DNA of 64,000 nt. Source: Nitrososphaerales archaeon (lineage in GTDB: Archaea > Thermoproteota > Nitrososphaeria > Nitrososphaerales > UBA213). The stretch's first letter is position 1. The number at the start of each line of letters is the position of its first letter. Below are positions 55,695-64,000 of the stretch, piece after piece. The DNA lies in the NCBI GenBank assembly GCA_965197925.1, contig CBDAOC010000020.1, forward strand, positions 192,001-256,000. The letters run 5' to 3'. The notes below the pieces were generated by a model, which saw nothing but the letters and a program-made list of their open reading frames with translations, was not told the origin of the DNA and searched no databases. Made by a program: the position numbers and the translations under genes.

Positions 55695-56447
55695 TCAAGA
55701 TAGTATTGATGCTAATATTATCAATGAAGAAAGTCTTGTTACCTCATTTGATGCACCAAACACATCACCTGATACGCCACCAAAATTTCTGTTGGAAATT
55801 CTCAGGAGAAGAAGTGCAATCAAAACAGCAGCTCCCAATGCATATAACCCGGATGGACCAGCGCCTAGATATGCAATTGGTATGGTTATTGCTGTTGAAG
55901 CAAGAATCTTCACTTTATTCTTCATTTGCTCTGTAAAATGTGACCCAATGCCTTCCCAAGCAGCAATTCCCTTATGCGCCTGCATGACCATAACATACTT
56001 TGCAATGACCTCGCTCACAACCATAGCCATCAACAACTTGAAGCCTCCTTGACCTGCTAATGTAGAAATGGCGATAATACTCCCAACAAAATAAAGCACT
56101 AATACAGCTGTGCCAGCAGACCCGGCCCTCGGATCACTCATTACCTTCCTTTTCGAATCCCTATCCCCTTTTGACATCAAGCCATCTGCAAAGTCCGACA
56201 GGGCATCTGTGTGATGTGCCCCCGTAAGTATGAAAAGTCCTCCTGTAGCAATCAAACCTGCAAATAACGGTTGTATTATAATTGAAACTCCCCATGCAAA
56301 TGAACCTACAATTAAACCGATTATCGCGCCAGCTACAGGAAATAGAAACATGTTCCTTGCTATGTACTGAATATCGTAGTTCTTACCAACGGGAATTATA
56401 GTTAGAAATGATGTAAGAGATCTTAACCTGTCTACCAACTTTTTCAT
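55695..56447 (-). CDS. cobS: Adenosylcobinamide-GDP ribazoletransferase (cobalamin synthase)
   Basis: SFLTIIP, GAHHTDALSDFADG, GGVSGDVFGA; ATGA overlap with cbiB. Confidence 0.92.
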   Translation of the reverse strand: MKKLVDRLRSLTSFLTIIPVGKNYDIQYIARNMFLFPVAGAIIGLIVGSFAWGVSIIIQPLFAGLIATGGLFILTGAHHTDALSDFADGLMSKGDRDSKRKVMSDPRAGSAGTAVLVLYFVGSIIAISTLAGQGGFKLLMAMVVSEVIAKYVMVMQAHKGIAAWEGIGSHFTEQMKNKVKILASTAITIPIAYLGAGPSGLYALGAAVLIALLLLRISNRNFGGVSGDVFGASNEVTRLSSLIILASILS

Positions 56448-57391
56448 CCCCATAGGAATGATGCAAATATAACGACCGGCAACGCAAATACAATACAAAA
56501 AAGTAATGTTGTAACCTTCATTATTGAAATTGCCTTCTGGCAGTGCTGCGGTGTCAAGTATTCACAACCCTCCCCCAATGAATAGTATTCATTCTTCTCA
56601 AGCCTTACTTTCAGTGCCCCTGCAATGGTAGCCATAGGCCACCCCCCATTGATGCTTGGTGTGTTGTTCCTATCCCTACCCATTATGTACAACGAATTCC
56701 TCCAGTCCGCACCTACTATCCTGGCCGCGATGACCATCAAGAAAGCCGTAATTCTTGCAGGTATAAAATTCGCGATTGTATCCAGATGCGCCGCAAACCA
56801 TCCGATGTTTTTATGGTAAGCATCCTTGTAGCCTATCATCGAATCCAAAGTATTGATCGCTCTATAAGCAAATGCACCTGGAATTCCAAACAATGCAAAG
56901 TAGAATATGGGCGACGTTATACCGTCTACGGTGCTCTCCCCTACACTCTCTAGAGTGGCGGACAAGATTTGTTGTTCATCTAACTGCGACGTATCTCTCC
57001 CAACTATATTCGATAACTCCGTCCTTGCGGTGATTAGATCATTATCTTCCAATGCGCTTATGATAGATTTGGCGTGGGTTTCCATTCCCTTTACTGCAAT
57101 AGTGCTCTTCAACAAAAGTACACCAACAAGGATCAATCCTGCAGTGCCAAAAATCTGGTCAACAAAATGAAGTAGATAAAAAGTTGATAATACCATTAAC
57201 AGGACAATTGCAACAACTGCAACCCCACCCCTGATCACTTCTATATTGGGGTATCTGCTCTTGAGTTTTGGGGTTAGATTACCAATCAATCGTCCAAGCC
57301 ATGCAGTAGGGTGTAGTTTATTGGGGGGATCGCCAATAAGAAAATCAAGAAATATTGTAGCCCCAAGTATCAATACTACCTCTGCGATCAA
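56444..57391 (-). CDS. cbiB: Adenosylcobinamide-phosphate synthase
   Basis: GDPP..HP, IVGRDT, YRAINTLDSMIGY, IPAR. Confidence 0.93.
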   Translation of the reverse strand: MIAEVVLILGATIFLDFLIGDPPNKLHPTAWLGRLIGNLTPKLKSRYPNIEVIRGGVAVVAIVLLMVLSTFYLLHFVDQIFGTAGLILVGVLLLKSTIAVKGMETHAKSIISALEDNDLITARTELSNIVGRDTSQLDEQQILSATLESVGESTVDGITSPIFYFALFGIPGAFAYRAINTLDSMIGYKDAYHKNIGWFAAHLDTIANFIPARITAFLMVIAARIVGADWRNSLYIMGRDRNNTPSINGGWPMATIAGALKVRLEKNEYYSLGEGCEYLTPQHCQKAISIMKVTTLLFCIVFALPVVIFASFLWG

Positions 57392-58869
57392 AGCTCCACC
57401 AGCTTTCTGATTCGTTCCATGTTAATGTTGGCCAATACAGTACGACTGAGCCTCTGGATCTGACTATCCCACATCTGATTGGCCTCCATCTCATGCATCT
57501 CAACCTTGATTTTCTTCTTTCGAGCCAAATACGCGATTACACTATTCCTTATTGGAGGAGTGTCAAACAAGCCATAAAGCTGGCAGCCAAAGGCAAGACC
57601 GTCGCTTCTTATAGCACCTTCGGCAAGCTTTACACGATTATCATTCAGCCTAACTATATGGAATAATGGTTGTGATTTATTTCCCCTAATGACCCTGTAA
57701 CCAGAGCGCAGGTAAGCATTCAATATCTCCCCATTATTAGAAACCATTGCCTTACTAGTTGTGAGCTTCATTCCTACATTCCCGGCGATTGCTTTCCCAG
57801 TAAAGACCATAGTGTCGACCAAAGCCAATCCGTCCATCTTAATGCCACCAATTTGTATATGCTTCCCCATCATGACAAAGCCCTCACATATTCCAATGAT
57901 TGGTTTTCCTAGCGATCTGATGCTATCTCCTATTCCAGTCGCCTGTATCCACTTTAGATCATCGATAATATTCCTGCTAGAAGGAAGTAATACCAGATCA
58001 GCATTTGATAGCTTAGCACTGGAAGAAACATGATAGGAATTTATGACTCCAGATGAATTTACCAGAGAATCAAAGTCTGTTAAATTAACAGCATTGGGAT
58101 ACTTGATGATTGCAATGTTTATCTGTTCATGTTCAGGTCTTCCGGCAACGATCCCTAAAGAATCCTCTTTTGGCAGTAACATATCATCAATGAATGGTAT
58201 GATGCCTAAAACAGGCTTCTTGGTAATCTTTTCAATAGATTTTATTGCTGGATCCAGTATTGTTTTATCACCCCTGAATTTATTTATTATAAACCCCTTG
58301 ACAAACTTCCTCTCTAATGGCCTGAGCAAGTGCATAGTTCCTACAATACTGGCAAAACACCCTCCGCGTTCTATATCTGCCACCATGAGAACCGGCGCTT
58401 CTAACATTTTAGCAATTCTCATATTGGCAATATCTTGATCCATAATATTGATCTCTGCAGGACTACCCGCACCTTCGATTACCACAATATCATACTTCGA
58501 TAACTTCTTAATTGCTTCCTTCACGTAATGCATCCCCTTTCGAATGAAATTGCTGTAATAATATTTTGCATGCATGTCCCTGTACATTTTACCCACCAGG
58601 ACAACCCTGCTCACGTAATCGCCCAATGGTTTGAGCAAGATCGGATTCATGTAGGGGCTGGGTTCCGTTCTTGCTGCTATTGCCTGTATTGCCTGTGCCT
58701 TTGCCATTTCAAGACCATCCTTTGTAATATGCAAATTAGAGGACATGTTCTGTGCCTTGAATGGAGCTACCCTATAGCCCATATCTGACAATATCCTGCA
58801 GAGGGCTGTCACCATAGAACTCTTTCCAGCATTTGATGATGTTCCCTGCACCATCAGGAATTTGGTCAT
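57388..58869 (-). CDS. cbiP: Cobyric acid synthase
   Basis: QGTSSNAGKS, PFKAQNMS, EGAGSPAEIN, DIERGG; glutaminase half is divergent. Confidence 0.93.
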   Translation of the reverse strand: MTKFLMVQGTSSNAGKSSMVTALCRILSDMGYRVAPFKAQNMSSNLHITKDGLEMAKAQAIQAIAARTEPSPYMNPILLKPLGDYVSRVVLVGKMYRDMHAKYYYSNFIRKGMHYVKEAIKKLSKYDIVVIEGAGSPAEINIMDQDIANMRIAKMLEAPVLMVADIERGGCFASIVGTMHLLRPLERKFVKGFIINKFRGDKTILDPAIKSIEKITKKPVLGIIPFIDDMLLPKEDSLGIVAGRPEHEQINIAIIKYPNAVNLTDFDSLVNSSGVINSYHVSSSAKLSNADLVLLPSSRNIIDDLKWIQATGIGDSIRSLGKPIIGICEGFVMMGKHIQIGGIKMDGLALVDTMVFTGKAIAGNVGMKLTTSKAMVSNNGEILNAYLRSGYRVIRGNKSQPLFHIVRLNDNRVKLAEGAIRSDGLAFGCQLYGLFDTPPIRNSVIAYLARKKKIKVEMHEMEANQMWDSQIQRLSRTVLANINMERIRKLVEL

Positions 58870-59985
58870 TCAGAACTCCTTCAATGCCTTTACAAGCAAG
58901 GTATTTGCCTTATGCCTCTGGACAGCAACTCTGATAAAATCTGTGCCAAGGGCTGTAAATGTACTACAGTCTCTAACCAGTATATTTTTCTTCAATAATT
59001 GTTCTTGAAGAAGTGGTGAATCAATATCGGCAAGTTTGATCAGGAAGAAGTTGGTGTCTGATCTATATGGTTTGTATTGCTTCATCTTTGCAATGTTTTC
59101 CAGCAAATACTTCTTCTCCCTCTTTATTAGACTCCTGGTTTTATCAAGATGTGCAATATCGCCCAACGCAGCTACAGCTGCCTTTTGCGCAAGGGCATTG
59201 ACACTCCAAGGAACCTTTGTCTTATCCAAGACCCATGAGATCTTCTTATTTGCCAAGCAATAACCAACACGCAACCCTGCAAGACCAAAACCCTTCGTCA
59301 ATGTTCTAAGCACCACCAAATTCTCATAATTCTTAAAGGCACTTAGAAAGGAGTTCTTCTGAGGATCATCCACAAAGTCTATGAAACATTCGTCCAACAT
59401 GACTAGTGTGTTATTGTTGTAAGCATGTTCTAATACAGCTTCAACATCCTTTTGATGTGCAAGTATCCCGCTTGGATTGTTAGGGTTACACAGGAACAAA
59501 AGCTTACTCTCCTTATTTATCGCATCCATTATCAATTCTTTATTGAAAGCAAAGTCATTTAGTTCCACGTAATTTATATCCCCAGAATTTTTATCACAAG
59601 AAAATTCGTATTCAAAGAATGTAGGCACTGGGATTACTACCTTATCACCCTTCTTCACAAATGCAGCTGCGAATAGATGTATGAGTTCATTGGCCCCATT
59701 CCCAACCACTACACATTCTTTATCAACACCGGTATACTCCATAATCGCGTTCTTTAATTCCCTTGAATATGGATCTGGATATTCGGAAATCAACTTGAAA
59801 TTCTTCTTTATGGCCGAGATCACCCTTGGTGAAGGGCCTAGAGGATTAACATTGGTGCTAAAGTCCAATAAATTCTCCCTCACACGTTTCTGATAATGAC
59901 TGCCGCCATGGGCCCTTGGACTTGCAACTAGGAAGCCCTCATTCACCAGTGAGTTGACATTTAGATCTCCAGATTTGGTTAACAC
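58870..59985 (-). CDS. cobD: Threonine-phosphate decarboxylase (CobD-like, PLP-dependent)
   Basis: HGG, DFSTNVNPLG, CNPNNPSG, DECF, TKGFGLAGLRVGY; first gene of the cob operon. Confidence 0.82.
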   Translation of the reverse strand: MLTKSGDLNVNSLVNEGFLVASPRAHGGSHYQKRVRENLLDFSTNVNPLGPSPRVISAIKKNFKLISEYPDPYSRELKNAIMEYTGVDKECVVVGNGANELIHLFAAAFVKKGDKVVIPVPTFFEYEFSCDKNSGDINYVELNDFAFNKELIMDAINKESKLLFLCNPNNPSGILAHQKDVEAVLEHAYNNNTLVMLDECFIDFVDDPQKNSFLSAFKNYENLVVLRTLTKGFGLAGLRVGYCLANKKISWVLDKTKVPWSVNALAQKAAVAALGDIAHLDKTRSLIKREKKYLLENIAKMKQYKPYRSDTNFFLIKLADIDSPLLQEQLLKKNILVRDCSTFTALGTDFIRVAVQRHKANTLLVKALKEF

Positions 59986-60058
59986 GCAGTAGTATAATTT
60001 ACCTCATATTTAGCATCTAATGTTTAGGAAGTCCAGAATTGTTGTATGCGCAAATCAG

Positions 60059-60397
60059 TCACTGTAATCTAGAAAGACTTACATTCATACCCTCTCCTAC
60101 CTTTGGGTTACCCATTCTCTCATAGATCAGTCTTGTTAAAGTTATTTGCATCTGTATGGGAGAGTAAGCGATATTTTGTTTTGGCATCTGAGAGCCCAGC
60201 AATGCAGGAAGCATTTTCTTCAAAACTTCTCTGGTATCTTGATCCAAATCCTTAATGTTATCTATCCGCTGCTTCATTATTTCAACGTGACTTACCTCTT
60301 CAGTCTTAATTTCCTGTTGCAGAGTTAAAGAAAGCAATGCGCCATGGTCTGTAATAGATCTAACAATGAATTCTAAAGTTTGCATCTCTTTGGACAT
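60059..60397 (-). CDS. Hypothetical protein
   Basis: 112-aa ORF; C-terminal ITLTRLIYERMGNPKVGE motif. Confidence 0.6.
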   Translation of the reverse strand: MSKEMQTLEFIVRSITDHGALLSLTLQQEIKTEEVSHVEIMKQRIDNIKDLDQDTREVLKKMLPALLGSQMPKQNIAYSPIQMQITLTRLIYERMGNPKVGEGMNVSLSRLQ

Positions 60398-60549
60398 ATA
60401 CTCTTCTAAATAATAAATTATTTATGCATTCTTTGCTGCAATAAGCCCCAATAGAACCTCGCTCAACAAGATCAATTTACTGCCTAATGAAGTGAACATG
60501 CACATTTTAGAACAAGACCTGATTCATTACAGTTTGTTCTTGATAGCGT

Positions 60550-61460
60550 ATGCCACAAGAGTATGATATCGGTATAATTGGAGCCAGGCCGCCTGACTCG
60601 GCGGCATTATGCGCATCAAGGCAAAAGTCGAAGACACTTGTTATATCTCAAGAACCGGGAAGTCGGTTGAATTTAATTCCCAAGTTGGAAAATCATCCCG
60701 GCTTCATGCTTACAAGTGGGAATCTTCTCGCAAGAACCCTTGAAAATCAGATCAGTGCATTTGGTCGTAACGTTTGTTCGATCTTGCACGGTTGATAGAA
60801 GAAACCGGAAGAAGCAGTTTCAGAATTGAAAACCCCGGGTAGGGAATTCGTGTGCAAAGCACTGGTTCTTGCAATAGGCAAAATACCGAGGAGCCTCTGT
60901 TTGGATAACGAAAAATCACTCGTAAACAAGGGGGCGCGTCTTACCTCAAAACATGATGCGCCATTTTATCAGAGAAGGATAGCCGCTACTGTTGGAGTTG
61001 GTTCATATCTGGTGGAATCAGCTCTTCTATTGAGCAAGATGGTAGCAAAGGTGTATGTAATCTATAGGACGGCTAGGATGGCTGGTGACAGGAGATATGA
61101 TCGCCGCTCTTGGAACCAAGGACAATGCGGGAAATTTCTAATTCTGGGTAGTTAATTTGAAGGGACGTTCAAATCTGCAGGCATTGGTCGTAAAAGATTC
61201 TGAGGGAAATACGTGTGAGATAAATGTTGACGAAACATTTGATGAAATGGGTTTAAAGATAAATGTTGAATTTATGAAAAATCTGGTTAAAATCAATCAG
61301 AAAGGTGAGATCAAGGTGAACGGCTTGTGAAACGCGTCATCCTGGAATATTTGCTGCTGCGATGCAACATCCAAACCTTACATGCAGGTGATAATAGCTA
61401 CTGGCGAGGGTGCCAAGGCCGGGGGATATCAACCTACAACTATCTGCAAAGACTTGGGTA
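60550..61460 (+). pseudogene. trxB: Thioredoxin reductase-like FAD oxidoreductase, heavily decayed
   Basis: YDIGIIGA, KALVLAIG, GVGSY..ESA, PGIFAA and QVIIATGEGAKA fragments in different frames; 3' end approximate. Confidence 0.8.
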
Positions 61461-61839
61461 GACCTGGCATAAGGGCAATCCCTAACGCTATTGTCATCAC
61501 CAAGATTAGGACGATCGGCACGCCTATCTTCGCGCTTCTACCAACCAACATACCCTTTTTGCTTCATTTCTTGAACTCCCACCAGAAAATCACCCGCTGA
61601 AGGCGTATGGTATTGTAACTTCTCCGGTGAATTAATAGTTGCAAATGGCTACAATTTCTCCAGCGATATCAAGAAATGCTGGTGTTAGTACAGGTCTGCA
61701 CGCACTAACTGCTCGCACCAGTAACACTAGAGACTAAATTCTACAATATCTCACATTATTCTAGAAAGTTCTAATAATTTTGCAGGAAATTCTAGACCGA
61801 TTGTGTATTATGCTTAAAATAGACCCCCCCGTTTAAGCA

Positions 61840-62379
61840 ATGAACAAACTGACAATACCAGGCATACTGGCAGCAACGGTACTGATAGCGGGAATATTTG
61901 CATTGATGCCCGTGGAGAAGGCAGGCACGGTGCACACCGGTTTGGGAGAAAAGTTGACGGCCATACAAACTGACGTGGGCAATGTAGATAAAGCGACAGG
62001 ATTCAGAATACTAAGTGATGCAAATCCTGACATAGACGGTGGAGACAAATGGACGATAGGTTGTAACGCAGACTATATAGTAACGGGAATCGCCATAAAC
62101 ATGAGTGGAACTATTGCTAGTACTGATAGTAACAATTTCCTAGTCTCGGTTTGAGGAGAGCAGGTTGGTGGAGGTAATGATCAAATTATATTTCTGGATC
62201 CGGATCGCTTGGAATTTGAAATTGATGTTGTAGCATTGGCAGCCGAGGACGTAGTAATAACTGCCGAAGAAAAGGGGACGGATGACGGGGACGAAAGCGT
62301 ATTGGTAAGGGTTGTCGTGCAATCGCCATTAGGTGCAATCTGTACGCTAACTCCTACAAATGTGCCTGACCAGGCTTAA
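61840..62379 (+). pseudogene. Secreted thaumarchaeal-family protein with a single in-frame TGA (62152-62154)
   Basis: MNKLTIPGILAATVLIAGIFALMPVEKA.TVH leader; frame stays open for 74 more codons to TAA at 62377-62379. Confidence 0.7.
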
Positions 62380-62637
62380 GCCCAACATAAACTTCCTTTT
62401 TTATTTATACAACCCTGCTAAATCAGCCCCTCATCTATTGAGTATCACTAGAGAGCCACCCGACACATCTTATAATATGTTACCAATTATTGGTAACAAT
62501 ATGCCAAATGATCTTCCCCGATCCTCTTTCATTGGCTCGCTTGATCTTGTTTCCCAGGTATCCTGGAGCTTGCACGAAAATCCTGTTTCAGGGACTGCAC
62601 CCTGCCCTTATACCGGCAATAATTATACGGAATTATT

Positions 62638-62776
62638 GACTTGTTGCACAACCCAGAAATGCTGCAATTTTTTGTCTCATGGCTAGATAATTGAAAATGC
62701 AATCCAGGGGTTCGCACCGCAATGACAGAACAGTCTCGTTATCCGGTAATGGATTTCATGGCTATGCAACAAGCAC
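62638..62776 (-). mobile_element. MITE-like dispersed repeat (~135 bp), copy 2
   Basis: Imperfect 21-bp TIRs CTTGTTGCACAACCCAGAAAT / CTTGTTGCATAGCCATGAAAT; similar to 46124-46260. Confidence 0.75.
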
Positions 62777-62822
62777 CTTTAACAATAAACAATTATTAAT
62801 TACGAAATAGGAAAGAATCTAC

Positions 62823-63899
62823 ATGCTTCGTGTGGCAATAATTGGTGCGACGGGAGTAGTGGGACAGGAGTTCATAGTCTCACTCTGTAACCATCCATGG
62901 TTCGAAGTTAGTCGTATTGCAGCTTCGGAACGTTCTGCAGGCAAGAACTATATCGACGCTATCCATGATAAAAATACAGGTATAATAAAATGGCATCAAC
63001 ATGAGCCTGTTCCAGAATATGCCAAGAATATGTTGGTGGAACATGTTAACGATATTAACCCCCAAGAAGTTGACTTTGTATTTACTGCTATAGAGGCTGA
63101 TGATGCCAAAGTCATAGAACCCAAGTTTGCTAATCATGTTCCCGTAATTAGTACAGCCTCAGCCTTCAGAAGTGAAATTGATGTCCCTATACTCATACCA
63201 GGAATAAATGATGAGCAGGTAGAACTAATCGATATACAGAGAAAGAAGCGTGGGTGGAGGGGTTTCATTGCCCCACTGCCAAATTGTACAACAACTGGTA
63301 TGGCCATTACCCTTAAACCCCTTCTTGATGATTTTGGAATAAAGAGGGTTTTCATGACCTCAATGCAGGCGGTATCAGGAGCAGGTCGAACCCCGGGTGT
63401 TGCTGCTTTGGATATTTTCGACAATATAATACCATACATTCCAAAGGAGGAAGAGAAGGTGCAGAGTGAAACTATGAAGATTCTGGGTACTATAAGCAAC
63501 GGTTCAATAAGACCGGTTGATATGAAGGTAAGTTGCACATGCACCAGGGCAGCAGTGCTGGATGGTCATACTGAAGCAGTTTTTGTTGAGACGGAAAAGG
63601 CGTGTGAACCGCTAGCGGCTAAGCAGTCTATGGAGAGATATTCCGACAATGTTAGTATAAAGGGTCTACCTACGGCACCGGCGGACTACATATTCGTGCA
63701 TGACGATCCTTCAAGACCTCAACCAAGGCTTGACAGAACAATGAACGGCGGTATGACTACAGTAGTTGGTAGGCTTCGAAAAGACCCTGCTCTTGATAAT
63801 GGTGTAAAGTACGTTCTTTTGTCACATAACGAAAAGATGGGTTCGGCCAAGGGTGCTGTGTTATTGGCGGAATTACTTAAGCAAAAAAATTATTTATAA
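62823..63899 (+). CDS. asd: Aspartate-semialdehyde dehydrogenase
   Basis: GATGVVGQ, PNCTT, QAVSGAG, SHN..MGSAKGA. Confidence 0.96.
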   Translation: MLRVAIIGATGVVGQEFIVSLCNHPWFEVSRIAASERSAGKNYIDAIHDKNTGIIKWHQHEPVPEYAKNMLVEHVNDINPQEVDFVFTAIEADDAKVIEPKFANHVPVISTASAFRSEIDVPILIPGINDEQVELIDIQRKKRGWRGFIAPLPNCTTTGMAITLKPLLDDFGIKRVFMTSMQAVSGAGRTPGVAALDIFDNIIPYIPKEEEKVQSETMKILGTISNGSIRPVDMKVSCTCTRAAVLDGHTEAVFVETEKACEPLAAKQSMERYSDNVSIKGLPTAPADYIFVHDDPSRPQPRLDRTMNGGMTTVVGRLRKDPALDNGVKYVLLSHNEKMGSAKGAVLLAELLKQKNYL

Positions 63900-64000
63900 T
63901 TCTACAAGATTTATGACATTATTTTACAAAAATAAGTTTATAACCTTCTTTATTATAGATAATTCTTGAGAAAGGTTTGGAAAGAATCGATGATTTGGAT

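Noticed and set aside
62152..62154. Selenocysteine codon
   Set aside because: Not in a redox-motif context, no SECIS identified, and Sec is not established for this phylum.

Overview
This is an archaeal chromosomal segment, most likely from Nitrososphaerota (Thaumarchaeota). The assignment rests on the archaeal TrpRS, rpl44e-rps27e, thermosome and PINA ATPase genes, and on the S-layer / S8 peptidase / Rieske / cytochrome b cluster. Housekeeping genes are intact: coaD, guaA, mptE-like, folP, ade, cobD-cbiP-cbiB-cobS, cobY and asd. Many accessory genes are broken: pncA, a class III cyclase, trxB, and the 5' half of the large S-layer gene. Features the ORF track misses include three tRNAs with non-canonical introns (Ala-UGC with two, Ile-GAU with one, Ser-GGA with two) and a 52-aa zinc-finger ORF. 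Mobile DNA comprises two inverted IS5-type copies sharing the same inactivating lesions, two copies of a second DDE IS, and a two-copy ~135-bp MITE. The most notable oddities are a truncated casposase-like cas1 relic next to the 3' end of guaA, an archaeal ATPase gene bracketed by copies of a 20-bp palindrome, and a 24-bp tandem array beside a small winged-helix gene. That array lies where cobS is separated from cobY. No CRISPR array or rRNA gene was seen. All family assignments come from motif recognition by eye, not from database searches.
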